Assembly: GCF_036323395.1 (NCBI RefSeq)
Contig: NZ_AP028907.1
Location: forward strand, 810,001-842,000
Source: Pyrodictium abyssi
Lineage (GTDB): Archaea; Thermoproteota; Thermoprotei_A; Sulfolobales; Pyrodictiaceae
Length of the DNA stretch: 32,000 nt
Direction of reading: 5' to 3'
Shown: positions 17,583 to 27,223 of the stretch, piece after piece
How positions within the stretch are numbered: position 1 is the stretch's first letter
How the letters are laid out: each line of letters starts with the position of its first letter
Translations under genes and position numbers: made by a program
Notes under the pieces: generated by a model
Databases searched by the model: none
Seen by the model: the letters and a program-made list of their open reading frames with translations, nothing else
What the model was told of the DNA's origin: nothing

Positions 17583-18171
17583 CCAGCTTATACGCTCGCT
17601 GATAGTTTTATTCATAGCTATCGATCCTCTGGGCAACGCACCTCTATTCTACGGGCTTACCGCCACACTTTCTAACGAGAAGCGCCGTACTATAGTACGC
17701 CAAAGCTGTAAGATAGCAACATTGATACTAGTGGCATTCGCCCTTGGAGGCGATGTACTGCTCTCTTACTTTGGCTTATCGGTGGCCGACTTCCGGATCT
17801 CGGGAGGTATAATCCTGCTAATATACGGTATAGCAGGGATACTCGGATGGACCGAAGCATCAATGATAAAACACCCAGAAGAAGCCGAAACTATCGCCGT
17901 TGTTCCACTCGCAACACCCTTGCTGGCCGGGCCTGCAGCAATAGCTACAGTACTCTACATCAAGGCTGTATACGGTATCAACTACGCTATCGCAGCTATA
18001 TCAGTTAACACGCTCATAACATTTGCCATGCTCAACAACAGCCAGAAACTGATGGACATGCTCGGCAAGAATGGTGCAATAGCCCTGTCGAAGATCATGT
18101 CGATACTTCTCGCTGCGATAGCAATAGCAATGATAAGAGAAGGAATAGTTGAAGTAGTAAAAGGCATGTAA
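17548..18171 (+). CDS. MarC-family integral membrane protein
   Basis: VLFIAIDPLGNAPLFYGLTA and PLATPLLAGPAAIATVL motifs; about six hydrophobic helices. Confidence 0.88.
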   Translation: MLSVSIEPLNVDQLIRSLIVLFIAIDPLGNAPLFYGLTATLSNEKRRTIVRQSCKIATLILVAFALGGDVLLSYFGLSVADFRISGGIILLIYGIAGILGWTEASMIKHPEEAETIAVVPLATPLLAGPAAIATVLYIKAVYGINYAIAAISVNTLITFAMLNNSQKLMDMLGKNGAIALSKIMSILLAAIAIAMIREGIVEVVKGM

Positions 18172-18226
18172 CAATAAGTAATCGCTACCACAATTGCGCT
18201 ACCATGTCATTTTGTTAAAAACGCTG

Positions 18227-20668
18227 CTATATGTTTAGCTTTCTCAACATTTTTTCTATTGCCTCGAGCCTACGCATCATTATCTTTCTCTCTATCGACG
18301 CTACTAGCCTTCTTGTTGGTATCACCGCGTCTGGATTCACACTTATGCTGTCAATGCCGTTCGCTACAAGGAACTCTACTATCTCTGGATACACGCTAGG
18401 GGCCTGTCCACATATGGACACTGTACGGCCATGCCGGTGAGCAGCGTCTATCAGCATCTTTATAGCATTGAGGACTGCCGGGTCGCGCTCATCGAAGTAG
18501 CCCATGCCTGCAAGTAGCTGGGAGTCACGGTCTACTCCAAGTACCAGCTGTGTTAGGTCATTACTCCCTATGCTGAAACCGTCAACAAGCTTAGCAAACT
18601 CGTCTGCAAGCAGGACTACGCTAGGCACCTCCGCCATTATCCATACCTTGAAGTCCTTGCCCCTTTCTAGCCCCTCCTCAGCAATTATGTCCAGTACCTT
18701 TTCCACCTCCCAAGTCGTCCTGACGAATGGCAGCATTACCCATACGTTCTTTAGCCCCATTTCATCTCTGACCTTCCTTATGGCCTGCACCTCTAGCCTG
18801 AACGCCTTCTCGTATGCTGGGTGTATGTACCTGGATACGCCGCGCCAGCCTATCATAGGGTTGCGTTCTTCGGGCTCGTACTTCTCGCCGCCACGGAGCC
18901 CACGGTACTCGTTTGTCTTGAAGTCGCTGAACCTCACTACCACTGGCCGCGGGTATATGGCACTAGCTACCTTAGCTATACCCTCGGCTAGCTTCTGCAC
19001 GAAGAAGTCTGCTTTACCGGTCTCCAGCAGGTATAGCGGGTGATACCCTATCCAGTCGGTTAGTATGAACTCTATCCTCATCAGACCTATACCGTCGAAT
19101 GGCAGGTCGACGTACTTGTCTATGACATCGGGCTCACCTAGGTTCATGTATATCTTCGTGCCTGTGACGGGGTACAGGTCGCGGAGTGCTTCAGCACTTA
19201 TCCCAGCTGCAGCTGTTTCCTCCTTCTCCTTCCTCTTGCCTATCTCTACTTTACCTTCATACACGACGCCACGGCTTCCATCAACTGTCACTAGCATTCC
19301 GGTCTTAATTACCTGTGTAGCGTTGCCCGTACCGACGACAGCTGGTATGCCGAGCTCACGGGATACTATGGCAGCGTGGCTCGTCATGCCACCCTCGTCG
19401 GTAACTATGGCTGCTGCCTTCTTCATTAGGGGTACCCAGTCGGGGTCTGTCATCTTAGTCACAAGGATGTCGCCTTCCTTGAATTGCTGCGCCTCCGGGC
19501 TGTGTGGGTCAAGTATCACTCTAGCTACGCCGGTTGCGACACCGGGACTCGCTGGTAGGCCGCGGACTAGGACCTTACCACTGCCCTCCGTCTCAGCGGC
19601 TGTTTCTGCCTTCTCGAGCTTGCTCTCCTTTAGCTGCTTGCTCCAAACAGTCTCATGCCGTGCCTGCACTATGAATATGTTGTTTGGAGGATCTATGTCC
19701 TTATCGATTGCCCATTCTATGTCCATAGGACTACCGTAGTGTTTCTCTATCTGGAGCCCATACTTGGCCAGTATCTTTGCCTCCTCGTCGCTGAGGCTCG
19801 GGGCTAGAGCCTTGTCCTTTGGCAGCTTTATCTCTACGTTCTCACCACGCTCTGGGTCATAGGTTATCATTATGTTCTTGGGGTTTATCTTCTTCTCTAC
19901 TATTTCAAGGGTCTTTTTGTCTATTATGAACTCGTCTGGGGTGACCTTTCCACCTACGACTGCCTCGCCGAGACCCCAGCTAGACTCTATCACTATAACG
20001 TTCGGGTCTCCGGTAGCTGGGTGTATCGTGAACATTACGCCCGCGGAACGAGAGTTGACCATCTTCTGCACAACTACAGCCATGCCCACCTTGGAGTGGT
20101 CTATGCCCTGCTGGGTCCGGTAGAATATAGCACGCGCCGTGAAGAGGCTTGCCCAGCACGCCTTAACCTTCTCAACTACCGCGTCAGCTCCCTTAACATT
20201 GAGGTAGGTGTCCTGCTGGCCCGCGAAACTCGCCTCAGGGAGATCTTCCGCTGAGGCACTACTCCTGACAGCGACAAGGGGCTCGTCCACGCCAACGCGC
20301 TTAGCTAGCTCAATGTAGGAGTTCTTTATAGCTGAGGCTATCTCGTCGGGGACTTCTGCGGAGAGTATAATCTCTCTTATCTTTCTGCTTGTTTCTTCCA
20401 GAGCCTTTGTATCGTTTACATCGAGGTTTTTAAGGAGATCACTGATCTTCTCCCAGAGCCCGGTTTCCTTCATGAAACGCCAGTAAGCCTCTGTGGTTAC
20501 GACAAAACCCGGCGGGACCGGGACGCCAGCAGTAACGAGTTCACCGAGATTGGCGCCCTTGCCGCCGGCCAGCTCTACATCCTTGGCACGCAGATTCTCG
20601 ATCCAAATAATTAGTGGCCTCTGCTCGGCCATGGCACCATACCGTGCCTCTTTGCACCCGGTGGACAC
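18227..20668 (-). CDS. ppsA: Phosphoenolpyruvate synthase (pyruvate, water dikinase)
   Basis: [10 protein letters not shown]; [14 protein letters not shown]-type segment ([19 protein letters not shown]); [26 protein letters not shown]; GSNDLTQL; VSICGQAPS. Start may be the internal MAEQRPL (20632). Confidence 0.97.
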   Translation of the reverse strand: MSTGCKEARYGAMAEQRPLIIWIENLRAKDVELAGGKGANLGELVTAGVPVPPGFVVTTEAYWRFMKETGLWEKISDLLKNLDVNDTKALEETSRKIREIILSAEVPDEIASAIKNSYIELAKRVGVDEPLVAVRSSASAEDLPEASFAGQQDTYLNVKGADAVVEKVKACWASLFTARAIFYRTQQGIDHSKVGMAVVVQKMVNSRSAGVMFTIHPATGDPNVIVIESSWGLGEAVVGGKVTPDEFIIDKKTLEIVEKKINPKNIMITYDPERGENVEIKLPKDKALAPSLSDEEAKILAKYGLQIEKHYGSPMDIEWAIDKDIDPPNNIFIVQARHETVWSKQLKESKLEKAETAAETEGSGKVLVRGLPASPGVATGVARVILDPHSPEAQQFKEGDILVTKMTDPDWVPLMKKAAAIVTDEGGMTSHAAIVSRELGIPAVVGTGNATQVIKTGMLVTVDGSRGVVYEGKVEIGKRKEKEETAAAGISAEALRDLYPVTGTKIYMNLGEPDVIDKYVDLPFDGIGLMRIEFILTDWIGYHPLYLLETGKADFFVQKLAEGIAKVASAIYPRPVVVRFSDFKTNEYRGLRGGEKYEPEERNPMIGWRGVSRYIHPAYEKAFRLEVQAIRKVRDEMGLKNVWVMLPFVRTTWEVEKVLDIIAEEGLERGKDFKVWIMAEVPSVVLLADEFAKLVDGFSIGSNDLTQLVLGVDRDSQLLAGMGYFDERDPAVLNAIKMLIDAAHRHGRTVSICGQAPSVYPEIVEFLVANGIDSISVNPDAVIPTRRLVASIERKIMMRRLEAIEKMLRKLNI

Positions 20669-20717
20669 ATATAAACCTTTAAACAGTGTAAACTATGCTA
20701 GAAAGCTATATCACTTG

Positions 20718-20725
20718 TTATAAAA
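20718..20725 (-). promoter_or_regulatory. TATA box candidate for ppsA (TTTTATAA on the minus strand)
   Basis: ttataaaa on the plus strand about 50 nt upstream of the annotated ppsA start. Confidence 0.5.
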
Positions 20726-20780
20726 TTGGGGTGTGTAAAACGTTGCACCCCAGCCAGTGCTGCCGAGTGGGGAACCGCAT

Positions 20781-21149
20781 TTACCGGCTTGCTTCGGCTG
20801 ACTCCTCAGCGACGTACTCTAGCTGCACTCTGTACTGCTCATCGTTATAGTCTATTACAGCATAGACTTCGTCTATGTTCTCTATGGGGCCGAAGTATAT
20901 CTCAAGCCTAGAGCCGGGTTCAACATGCTTATCGACGGTCATGCGCTCCGTTATCTCCTTTCTAACAGTCTGCACCTCAAGGTCGCTGGTTGGCGTCTCA
21001 CCTCTAGCCACATTAACATAGTACTTTACCTCGATAGCCCTTAGCTTTACCTGCTCCTGGCAGTTATTTACGACAACTATGTATGGCCCATCAACTCTAT
21101 AAGACATACACTCTCTAAGCCTTTCTGCCACGTTTCCAGACTGAGGCAA
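20781..21149 (-). CDS. Hypothetical protein (122 aa)
   Basis: Complete ORF with protein-like composition; predicted mostly beta (VDGPYIVVVNNCQEQVKLRAIEVKYYVNV). Confidence 0.55.
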   Translation of the reverse strand: MPQSGNVAERLRECMSYRVDGPYIVVVNNCQEQVKLRAIEVKYYVNVARGETPTSDLEVQTVRKEITERMTVDKHVEPGSRLEIYFGPIENIDEVYAVIDYNDEQYRVQLEYVAEESAEASR

Positions 21150-21260
21150 GGAGACACCTCCACATAGTTCTAGACTCGCAGCTCCTAGTATTTAATCCCG
21201 GCCTAATCTGGTATCTATATTCCTCCGCGCAGCGCTGCTAGCTGTGGATGAGGACCAGGG

Positions 21261-21320
21261 TCAGAACCGGTGGAGGCCAGTCATAGCCCTCCGGGCTTAT
21301 CGACGTGCAATCCTCATCAT
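21261..21320 (-). ncRNA. Weak candidate C/D-box sRNA
   Basis: Minus strand: C ATGATGA (21320-21314), 11 nt, degenerate D' CGAT, 13 nt, C'-like TATGACT, 14 nt ggcctccaccggtt, D CTGA (21264-21261). Confidence 0.3.
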
Positions 21321-21543
21321 CCCACATAACTGGCAATACTGGGTGCCGCTTTTAGGGCTATTAGTCTAAGGCAGACCCTCGCACTAGGCACGGGGATGAG
21401 GACAAACCCCGTCTCGCGAGCCATGCGCAGTGAAGAGTGCACCGGTTACCGACCCGCAGACAAGGAATGGAACACGCGGAATAGTTAGGACAGATTGAGA
21501 GTATACCCTCATAGCACATCTACGCTATGCCAAACCATCAGTG

Positions 21544-21620
21544 GGGGCGGCTGGCATCGGCAGAGCAACTCCTCGTCATCTCTTCAGCTGAAAACCGGGC
21601 TCCTCCTAACCAGCCGCCCC
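21544..21620. repeat. Hairpin-forming inverted repeat with perfect 11-bp stem
   Basis: GGGGCGGCTGG (21544-21554) and CCAGCCGCCCC (21610-21620), 55-nt loop. Confidence 0.75.
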
Positions 21621-21666
21621 ATTTGTTCTGAAGGCAGGTCAGCGTAAGAGCGGTAGATATTTTCCC

Positions 21667-22857
21667 TTGGCCGCAGGAGAGCTGTATCCCTTGGGCAGCA
21701 GCAATTTGCCGGGTAATGTTACTACATCTCATCTATTAGAACGTATACGCAAGTTCTACGAAGCATTAGCCGAGCCATTCATAGGTAGAGAAGAGGAGGC
21801 GCGCGCAATAACTCTAGCGATAATAGCCCGGGAGCACGTAGTGTTGATAGGCGAGCCCGGTACAGCCAAGTCGGCTCTGGCCAGACGTAGTGCGGAACTA
21901 ATAAGCGCGAAATTCTTCAAATACCTTCTAACGAAGTATACTGAGCCTAGCGAACTCTTCGGCCCCCTGGATCTAAACGCCCTCCGAGAAGGAAGATATG
22001 TTAGGATAACTCGAGGCAAAATGCCAGAGGCCGAGATAGTCTTCCTGGACGAGGTGTTCAACGCAAACTCGGCCGTGCTCAATGCTCTGCTAAGCATAAT
22101 GCAGGAGCGCGTCTGGTACGATGGCTATACAGAGATTAGGGTACCCCTTTGGACTATGATAGGCGCCACGAACAGAGTGCCGGAAGAGCCCGAGCTAGAA
22201 GCAGTCTATGACAGATTCCTAGTTAGGCAATATGCTAAACCGCTCCCGGAGAACAAATGGGGTGAGCTGCTGGATGCCGGGTGGCGGATAGAATCCGGCA
22301 AGGTGCCATCGGCGCAACCGGTCTTAGACATGAACATTCTGGCCGAGATACATAAGCTGGTGTTTAACGTAGACATAGCCGCTGTAAAGCCAAAGCTTCT
22401 ACGTATATTCGCTGTCCTTGAGGAGAGAGGACTACATTTGACCGATAGGCGTAAAGCGAAGTCCCTCAAGATAATAGCGGCTAACGCGTTACTGGAGGGC
22501 AGGACAAGGGCTGAGGAACGCGATCTCATAGTCCTCAAGTACTTAGCTCCGAGGGATATAGAAGACTTTGATAAGGTGAGTATTGTACTGTCTGAGGAGC
22601 TACGTATGCCAGAACGCTTCATAAAGGAGTTGAACGATATAAAGGCCAACGTTAAGGAAGCAGCAAGACTGGTAGACTCTATGAGGAGCTATGATCCACG
22701 TCTCGTTGACCTCTTCCGGAGCCTAAAAATAGCAAAAAGCAGGATACTAAATATACTGAAAGAAGCTGACGACGAACGAGTGAGAATGCTGGCCGACGAA
22801 ACCCTCCACGATATCGACGAACTCCTTGAGAAAATCTCTTACAAGCTGGGGATGTAG
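21667..22857 (+). CDS. MoxR-family AAA+ ATPase (RavA-like)
   Basis: Walker A GEPGTAKSAL; Walker B EIVFLDEVFNANSAVLNALLSIMQER; GATNRVPEEPELEAVYDRFLVR. TTG start. Confidence 0.93.
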   Translation: MAAGELYPLGSSNLPGNVTTSHLLERIRKFYEALAEPFIGREEEARAITLAIIAREHVVLIGEPGTAKSALARRSAELISAKFFKYLLTKYTEPSELFGPLDLNALREGRYVRITRGKMPEAEIVFLDEVFNANSAVLNALLSIMQERVWYDGYTEIRVPLWTMIGATNRVPEEPELEAVYDRFLVRQYAKPLPENKWGELLDAGWRIESGKVPSAQPVLDMNILAEIHKLVFNVDIAAVKPKLLRIFAVLEERGLHLTDRRKAKSLKIIAANALLEGRTRAEERDLIVLKYLAPRDIEDFDKVSIVLSEELRMPERFIKELNDIKANVKEAARLVDSMRSYDPRLVDLFRSLKIAKSRILNILKEADDERVRMLADETLHDIDELLEKISYKLGM

Positions 22858-22861
22858 GATT

Positions 22862-24178
22862 ATGACTGTGCTGAAAGGGGTAGACTACAATGACCCTCCG
22901 ATAAGGTATAGAGGAGAGCGCATTATAGCGTTACTCCGTAAACTACTCCCTGAGCCCGTTAAGACGCCAGACTACCTTGACACCGATTTCGCTATAACTG
23001 TGTATTATTCGCTCTTCCTCCCATACCCAGTACTTAGAAAGCCCGACACGAGCGATAAAAAGACGCTCTTACACTACCTGATAGCATCTAAGATGCTAGC
23101 CTCATCCAGGCTATCGGAGATAAAGAAGCATACCATAGCCGATACCACTACCAGTATGGTCGCTTCTGCTGTATTCCTTGAGGCGCTCGCACAAGAGATA
23201 AATAAAATGCCACGACCCCAGGGTGGCGATGCATCTACGCAAAGTAAAGCAGGCCCAGAGAGCGGTAACAGCCAGGAAACCATGGATATAGAGCGAAGCG
23301 TTGAGAAAGCATTAGAGTCTGCAAAGGAAGTGGCACGCCAAGCAAAAGAGATAGCTAATCTAGCTATGCGGTTTGCCGCTGGAAGCACATCAGTGCTTAC
23401 CCTGGACGACGTCATAAAGGATGTCATAAACCTTGCACGGAATACAGACGTACATATACTGCTTGAAGCGCTTAAGACTATAGAGAGTTCTGAGGCATAC
23501 ATAAAGTCTAAGAAGATACGAAGCCCTCGAGGAGAGCTAGACGGATACGAACTCGGTAGTGATATAGAGCGCGTTGCGGCAAGCGAACTTGCTCTTCCCT
23601 ACGAACTCTTCCTAGTGAAATTTGCCGAACGCAACCTACTGCTATACCGGAAGGTCATCAACGAGGATTATGGCAAGTTCTACGTATTATTAGACAAGAG
23701 CGGCAGCATGATGGGTATGAAGATAATTTGGGCTAAAGCTGTCGCACTCGCTCTAGCACAGAGAGCTGTAAGAGAGAGACGGGAATTCTACCTAAGGTTC
23801 TTCGACAGTATACCGTATCCCCCCTTCTATATATCTAAGAGGATACATGGAAGAGACGTAGTCAAGCTACTGGAGTATATTGCCAAGATAAGGGCCAATG
23901 GTGGTACAGACATTACACGAGCCATACTAACAGCAGTGAACGATATAATGTCGCGGCCCTCGACATCGAAAGTCTCTGACATAATATTGATAACTGACGG
24001 CGAGGACCGGGTTGCTATAGATACTGTACGCAGGGCACTAGCCAGAGCCAACGCTAGGCTCCACACCGTCATGATATATGGTAATAACCCAGACCTAAGG
24101 GTGCTATCCGAAAGCTACATGGTCGCCACAAAGCTGGATAGAGAGGAAGCACTTAAGGTGATAATGGCGGGCTCCTAG
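22862..24178 (+). CDS. VWA-domain protein (ViaA/COG2425-like)
   Basis: MIDAS motif DKSGSMMG, GGTDITRAI, IILITDGEDR; starts 5 nt after the MoxR stop. The track start at 22826 is less likely. Confidence 0.88.
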   Translation: MTVLKGVDYNDPPIRYRGERIIALLRKLLPEPVKTPDYLDTDFAITVYYSLFLPYPVLRKPDTSDKKTLLHYLIASKMLASSRLSEIKKHTIADTTTSMVASAVFLEALAQEINKMPRPQGGDASTQSKAGPESGNSQETMDIERSVEKALESAKEVARQAKEIANLAMRFAAGSTSVLTLDDVIKDVINLARNTDVHILLEALKTIESSEAYIKSKKIRSPRGELDGYELGSDIERVAASELALPYELFLVKFAERNLLLYRKVINEDYGKFYVLLDKSGSMMGMKIIWAKAVALALAQRAVRERREFYLRFFDSIPYPPFYISKRIHGRDVVKLLEYIAKIRANGGTDITRAILTAVNDIMSRPSTSKVSDIILITDGEDRVAIDTVRRALARANARLHTVMIYGNNPDLRVLSESYMVATKLDREEALKVIMAGS

Positions 24179-25035
24179 GGTGGTTCAACGCGGTAAAACT
24201 CTACAATATTATCAACGTTGATTCTGTACAGAGTCTCCTCATCCACTACACCGCTTCTCATCAGCTCCACTTGCCTATCAATGATCTCCCATGGACACGA
24301 CGAGACGCAAGGGCGCTTGGGGTCATCTATATAATCTGACTCTATCATTATATGTTTTACTCCTATCTTCTCGAACACTCTTCTCATGAGTTCTTTCTTA
24401 CCAGCTACCGTGGCCCAGTAACCGCTAGCCGCAGCATGACTTGCCACACGCGCTGACGCATGATGAAACAGTATCCTACTCTTGGGCACAGACACTAGTT
24501 CTACAAGTTTTGCAGTAGTATCCACCGTCGCAGGCCCAGCATTCTCTAGGTGCAAATGCACTATACAGTCGTTGTCACGAGCATACTCGAGTGCTCTAGT
24601 CATTATAGTAGACGCTATCGCTACCCTCTCCGGCATTGTCTTGTAGTGCTGCCTACCAACTTCACCAATACCATCCAGTAGTCCTTGCCTACACATTTCC
24701 CCCACATACTCTACTACACGTAGCCCCAGGCTTAGCACGTCTTCCGGAGAGAGTCCAGCCGATATTAGCTTGTCCACTTCCGCCGGATGGAAGCCTGCAA
24801 GACATGCAACACGGAGTCCAGCTTCACGAGCCCTTCTACATTCCCTAAGATGAATGTCTATAGCTTTCATATACATCTCAAAACCCGGACGCGCATCGAG
24901 ACCATAGTGCCATGGCGGGAGCATAACTAGTGCCATAAACCAGCCGCCTTTCTCTGCAAATCTCTTCGCTACAGCTGCAGCCCCCATACCCAGCGGACTA
25001 CTATGCGCATGGGCATCACCGAATACAAGCTTCAT
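24175..25035 (-). CDS. TatD-like metal-dependent hydrolase
   Basis: FGDAHAHSSPLG, GFHPAEVDKL, GLLDGIGEVGR, IVHLHLENAG, ILFHHASARVA, IESDYIDDPKRP. Confidence 0.88.
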   Translation of the reverse strand: MKLVFGDAHAHSSPLGMGAAAVAKRFAEKGGWFMALVMLPPWHYGLDARPGFEMYMKAIDIHLRECRRAREAGLRVACLAGFHPAEVDKLISAGLSPEDVLSLGLRVVEYVGEMCRQGLLDGIGEVGRQHYKTMPERVAIASTIMTRALEYARDNDCIVHLHLENAGPATVDTTAKLVELVSVPKSRILFHHASARVASHAAASGYWATVAGKKELMRRVFEKIGVKHIMIESDYIDDPKRPCVSSCPWEIIDRQVELMRSGVVDEETLYRINVDNIVEFYRVEPP

Positions 25036-25294
25036 AGTCTACACCCTTTAACGGACCCCTGGCCAGCCTCGGGTTTATAGCGTAAGCTGCTAACAGCGTG
25101 CCTTTGAACACCCATTGACGGTCGGAGTAGGACCACTCGCTCATCCCCCGGAGAGCTCCATACCCGGGGCTCGGTGGTAGGGGCCTCCTCATCCCACGCA
25201 TACAGCGATAACTCTTGAGCTGCTACCTAATCGTAGTTTATCCTAATTAGCGGCAATACACATGCCATCACCTAGCTCCTTCTTCAATACTGTA

Positions 25295-25355
25295 TCAGCC
25301 CTCACACGGCTCCTCATAGGCCCCTGGTAGGCCTCAGACCGGAATCGCTCATCAC
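25295..25355 (-). ncRNA. Candidate C/D-box sRNA in intergenic DNA
   Basis: Minus strand: C GTGATGA (25355-25349), 11-nt guide gcgattccggt, D' CTGA (25337-25334), C'-like TATGAGG (25318-25312), 13-nt guide agccgtgtgaggg, D CTGA (25298-25295). Confidence 0.5.
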
Positions 25356-25425
25356 CATCCCCATCTCTTCTTACGCCACACCACCGACTAGAGCCCGGGA
25401 TAGGGTTATCTTACCCTCTTGACCC

Positions 25426-25992
25426 TTGTATCGTCTTGCCCTGGGAATAGCAGTGACACAAGATTATTGGAGCCGAGGAGTAAAGCTCTCCTTCATATTC
25501 AACCTAGCTATCTACTTTGCCGGCCTAACAGCCGGCTTCATGTCTCCAAGCACTAGTGTACTGCAGTCTGTACTAGAGAATTTCACGGGCATCGGTCAGC
25601 TCACAATGTTCCACAAGTATGTGTTTATAGCTGTTAACAACATCGTACTAGCATTCACTCTCGTCCTATTCTCCATAGCCGTTATACCAGGACTCGCAGT
25701 AATAGCCTATAACGGCTACATAGTGGGGGCATTAGCCGCCTTATGGCTCAGCATGCACCAGCCCTTGCAGAAGTTCCTAGCATTGCTAGTTCCCCACGGC
25801 ATAATCGAGATGCCCGCACTCTTCTACGCATCATCCATAGGACTAACCATAGCGACCACACATATAGCTGGAGCTCGACGTATAGATGCCGTAAAGAAGG
25901 CGCTATCCAGTATAACCGTAGTAGTCTACTTACTCCTATTAGCAGCAGCTGTAGAGGTCATAATCACACCCTACATATCTTCTCTCGTATAA
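25426..25992 (+). CDS. SpoIIM/DUF95-family integral membrane protein
   Basis: 188 aa, multiple TM segments, LVPHGIIEMPALFYASSIGL motif typical of SpoIIM-family proteins. TTG start. Confidence 0.85.
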   Translation: MYRLALGIAVTQDYWSRGVKLSFIFNLAIYFAGLTAGFMSPSTSVLQSVLENFTGIGQLTMFHKYVFIAVNNIVLAFTLVLFSIAVIPGLAVIAYNGYIVGALAALWLSMHQPLQKFLALLVPHGIIEMPALFYASSIGLTIATTHIAGARRIDAVKKALSSITVVVYLLLLAAAVEVIITPYISSLV

Positions 25993-26073
25993 AACCATAA
26001 TCATTACTTAAGCCTAAAAGATTGAAAATAAATATACTAGGATTACTACCAAGCATTAAGCGGGAGATGAAGA

Positions 26074-26484
26074 GTGACAGGCATACTGGAGTTCAGGCTA
26101 AGGTTACCCACCGGACGCGAAGCAGCACTAGTTGAAGGATTACGATTCTGCTACGACCTCAGCGAGACAGATGCAATAATACTATTCGAGCTTCTTAGGG
26201 GAGGCGAGTATACGGTCGACGATCTTACAAGAGGGCTAAGACTAAGCAAAGCTACCGTGAATAGAAGCCTATCCAAGCTAGTCGAGATAGGGTTCGTCTC
26301 TAGGGCTAGGGAGAAACGCGCTGGTGTCGGGCGGCCACGGTACCGCTACTATGTAGAGGATCCACGAAAAGTTATCATGCGTGTTATCGAGGATTTTGAG
26401 AAATGCTCTGCAGCATTCAAAGAAGCTCTACAAGAGCTCCTGAGAATAGTTGAAGAAGAGAGAGCCAAAAGGAAAGGGCAATAG
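26074..26484 (+). CDS. Winged-helix transcriptional regulator
   Basis: GGEYTVDDLTRGLRLSKATVNRSLSKLVEIGFVSRAREKRAGVGRPRYRYYV: HTH plus wing. Confidence 0.8.
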   Translation: MTGILEFRLRLPTGREAALVEGLRFCYDLSETDAIILFELLRGGEYTVDDLTRGLRLSKATVNRSLSKLVEIGFVSRAREKRAGVGRPRYRYYVEDPRKVIMRVIEDFEKCSAAFKEALQELLRIVEEERAKRKGQ

Positions 26485-26620
26485 CGTGCTCAGCACCAGG
26501 GCTGGAGTTATCACGCTATTGCCAGCTACCGGGCCAGATGTCGTCTCTTCAAGTGCCAGCCAAGCCACGGCGTCCATATGGCTATCGAACCCGTCTATTA
26601 TCCGCATAAAGCTGCTACCA

Positions 26621-26932
26621 TTATACATCCTCCATGTCATCCTCAAGCGCAGTCTCCGTTAGCTCCCCCTCCTTTGGCACAATACCCATAACCGGTGTCT
26701 TAGCCACAGCCTGGCTAGACATCACCACTTGCATATAGTATAGTATTGCTTCTCTTATGAATTCGCTCCTACTAGCATACCCGAGAGAGCGCCATATACG
26801 ATCCATTTCCTCTATTATGTCTACTTCAAGTTTTACAGAGACTACTTTCTTTGGCGGCGACACCGGCACATCAAACACGTTGCCAGTATCATATACTCTT
26901 TGCCTGCTAGTCATCTTGGCTGCACCATACAC
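26621..26932 (-). CDS. Ribbon-helix-helix (CopG-family) regulator
   Basis: KKVVSVKLEVDIIEEMDRIWRSLGYASRSEFIREAILYYM; the true start may be the internal ATG at 26914. Confidence 0.8.
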   Translation of the reverse strand: MYGAAKMTSRQRVYDTGNVFDVPVSPPKKVVSVKLEVDIIEEMDRIWRSLGYASRSEFIREAILYYMQVVMSSQAVAKTPVMGIVPKEGELTETALEDDMEDV

Positions 26933-27223
26933 GACACTCCTACCATAACCTTATGGCCTAGACAGCCAGACTATAATAGAGTTTTTAATCATCCGTAGTA
27001 ACGTACCTCATAACTATTCTTTAGATATTTAAGTTTCCTGATTTAACATCACCCCGGTAGTACCAGCAACATAGCAACTATATTATCCCAGCACGACATG
27101 CCAGATCATAACATGCCCTACATGGGGGTTAAGATAGTCAACCATAGCGTTTATCTCCCACAGTGGACCAGGGGCATACTGTTAACAAGCACTAGAGGTG
27201 CCCTAGCAATACCGGGGAGCACT

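Noticed and set aside
18231-20254. Plus-strand ORFs of 69-224 aa opposite ppsA
   Set aside because: They are shadow ORFs antisense to a strongly supported 813-aa enzyme, with low-complexity Ser/Thr/Pro-rich translations.
20728-20751. GGGGTG/CACCCC 6-bp hairpin between ppsA and the upstream gene
   Set aside because: Short stem with a 12-nt loop; a match this size is plausible by chance and crenarchaeal terminators are usually T-rich rather than hairpin-based.
26428-26646. 72-aa minus-strand ORF between the winged-helix and RHH genes
   Set aside because: Overlaps the ends of both well-supported genes and has no recognisable motif.
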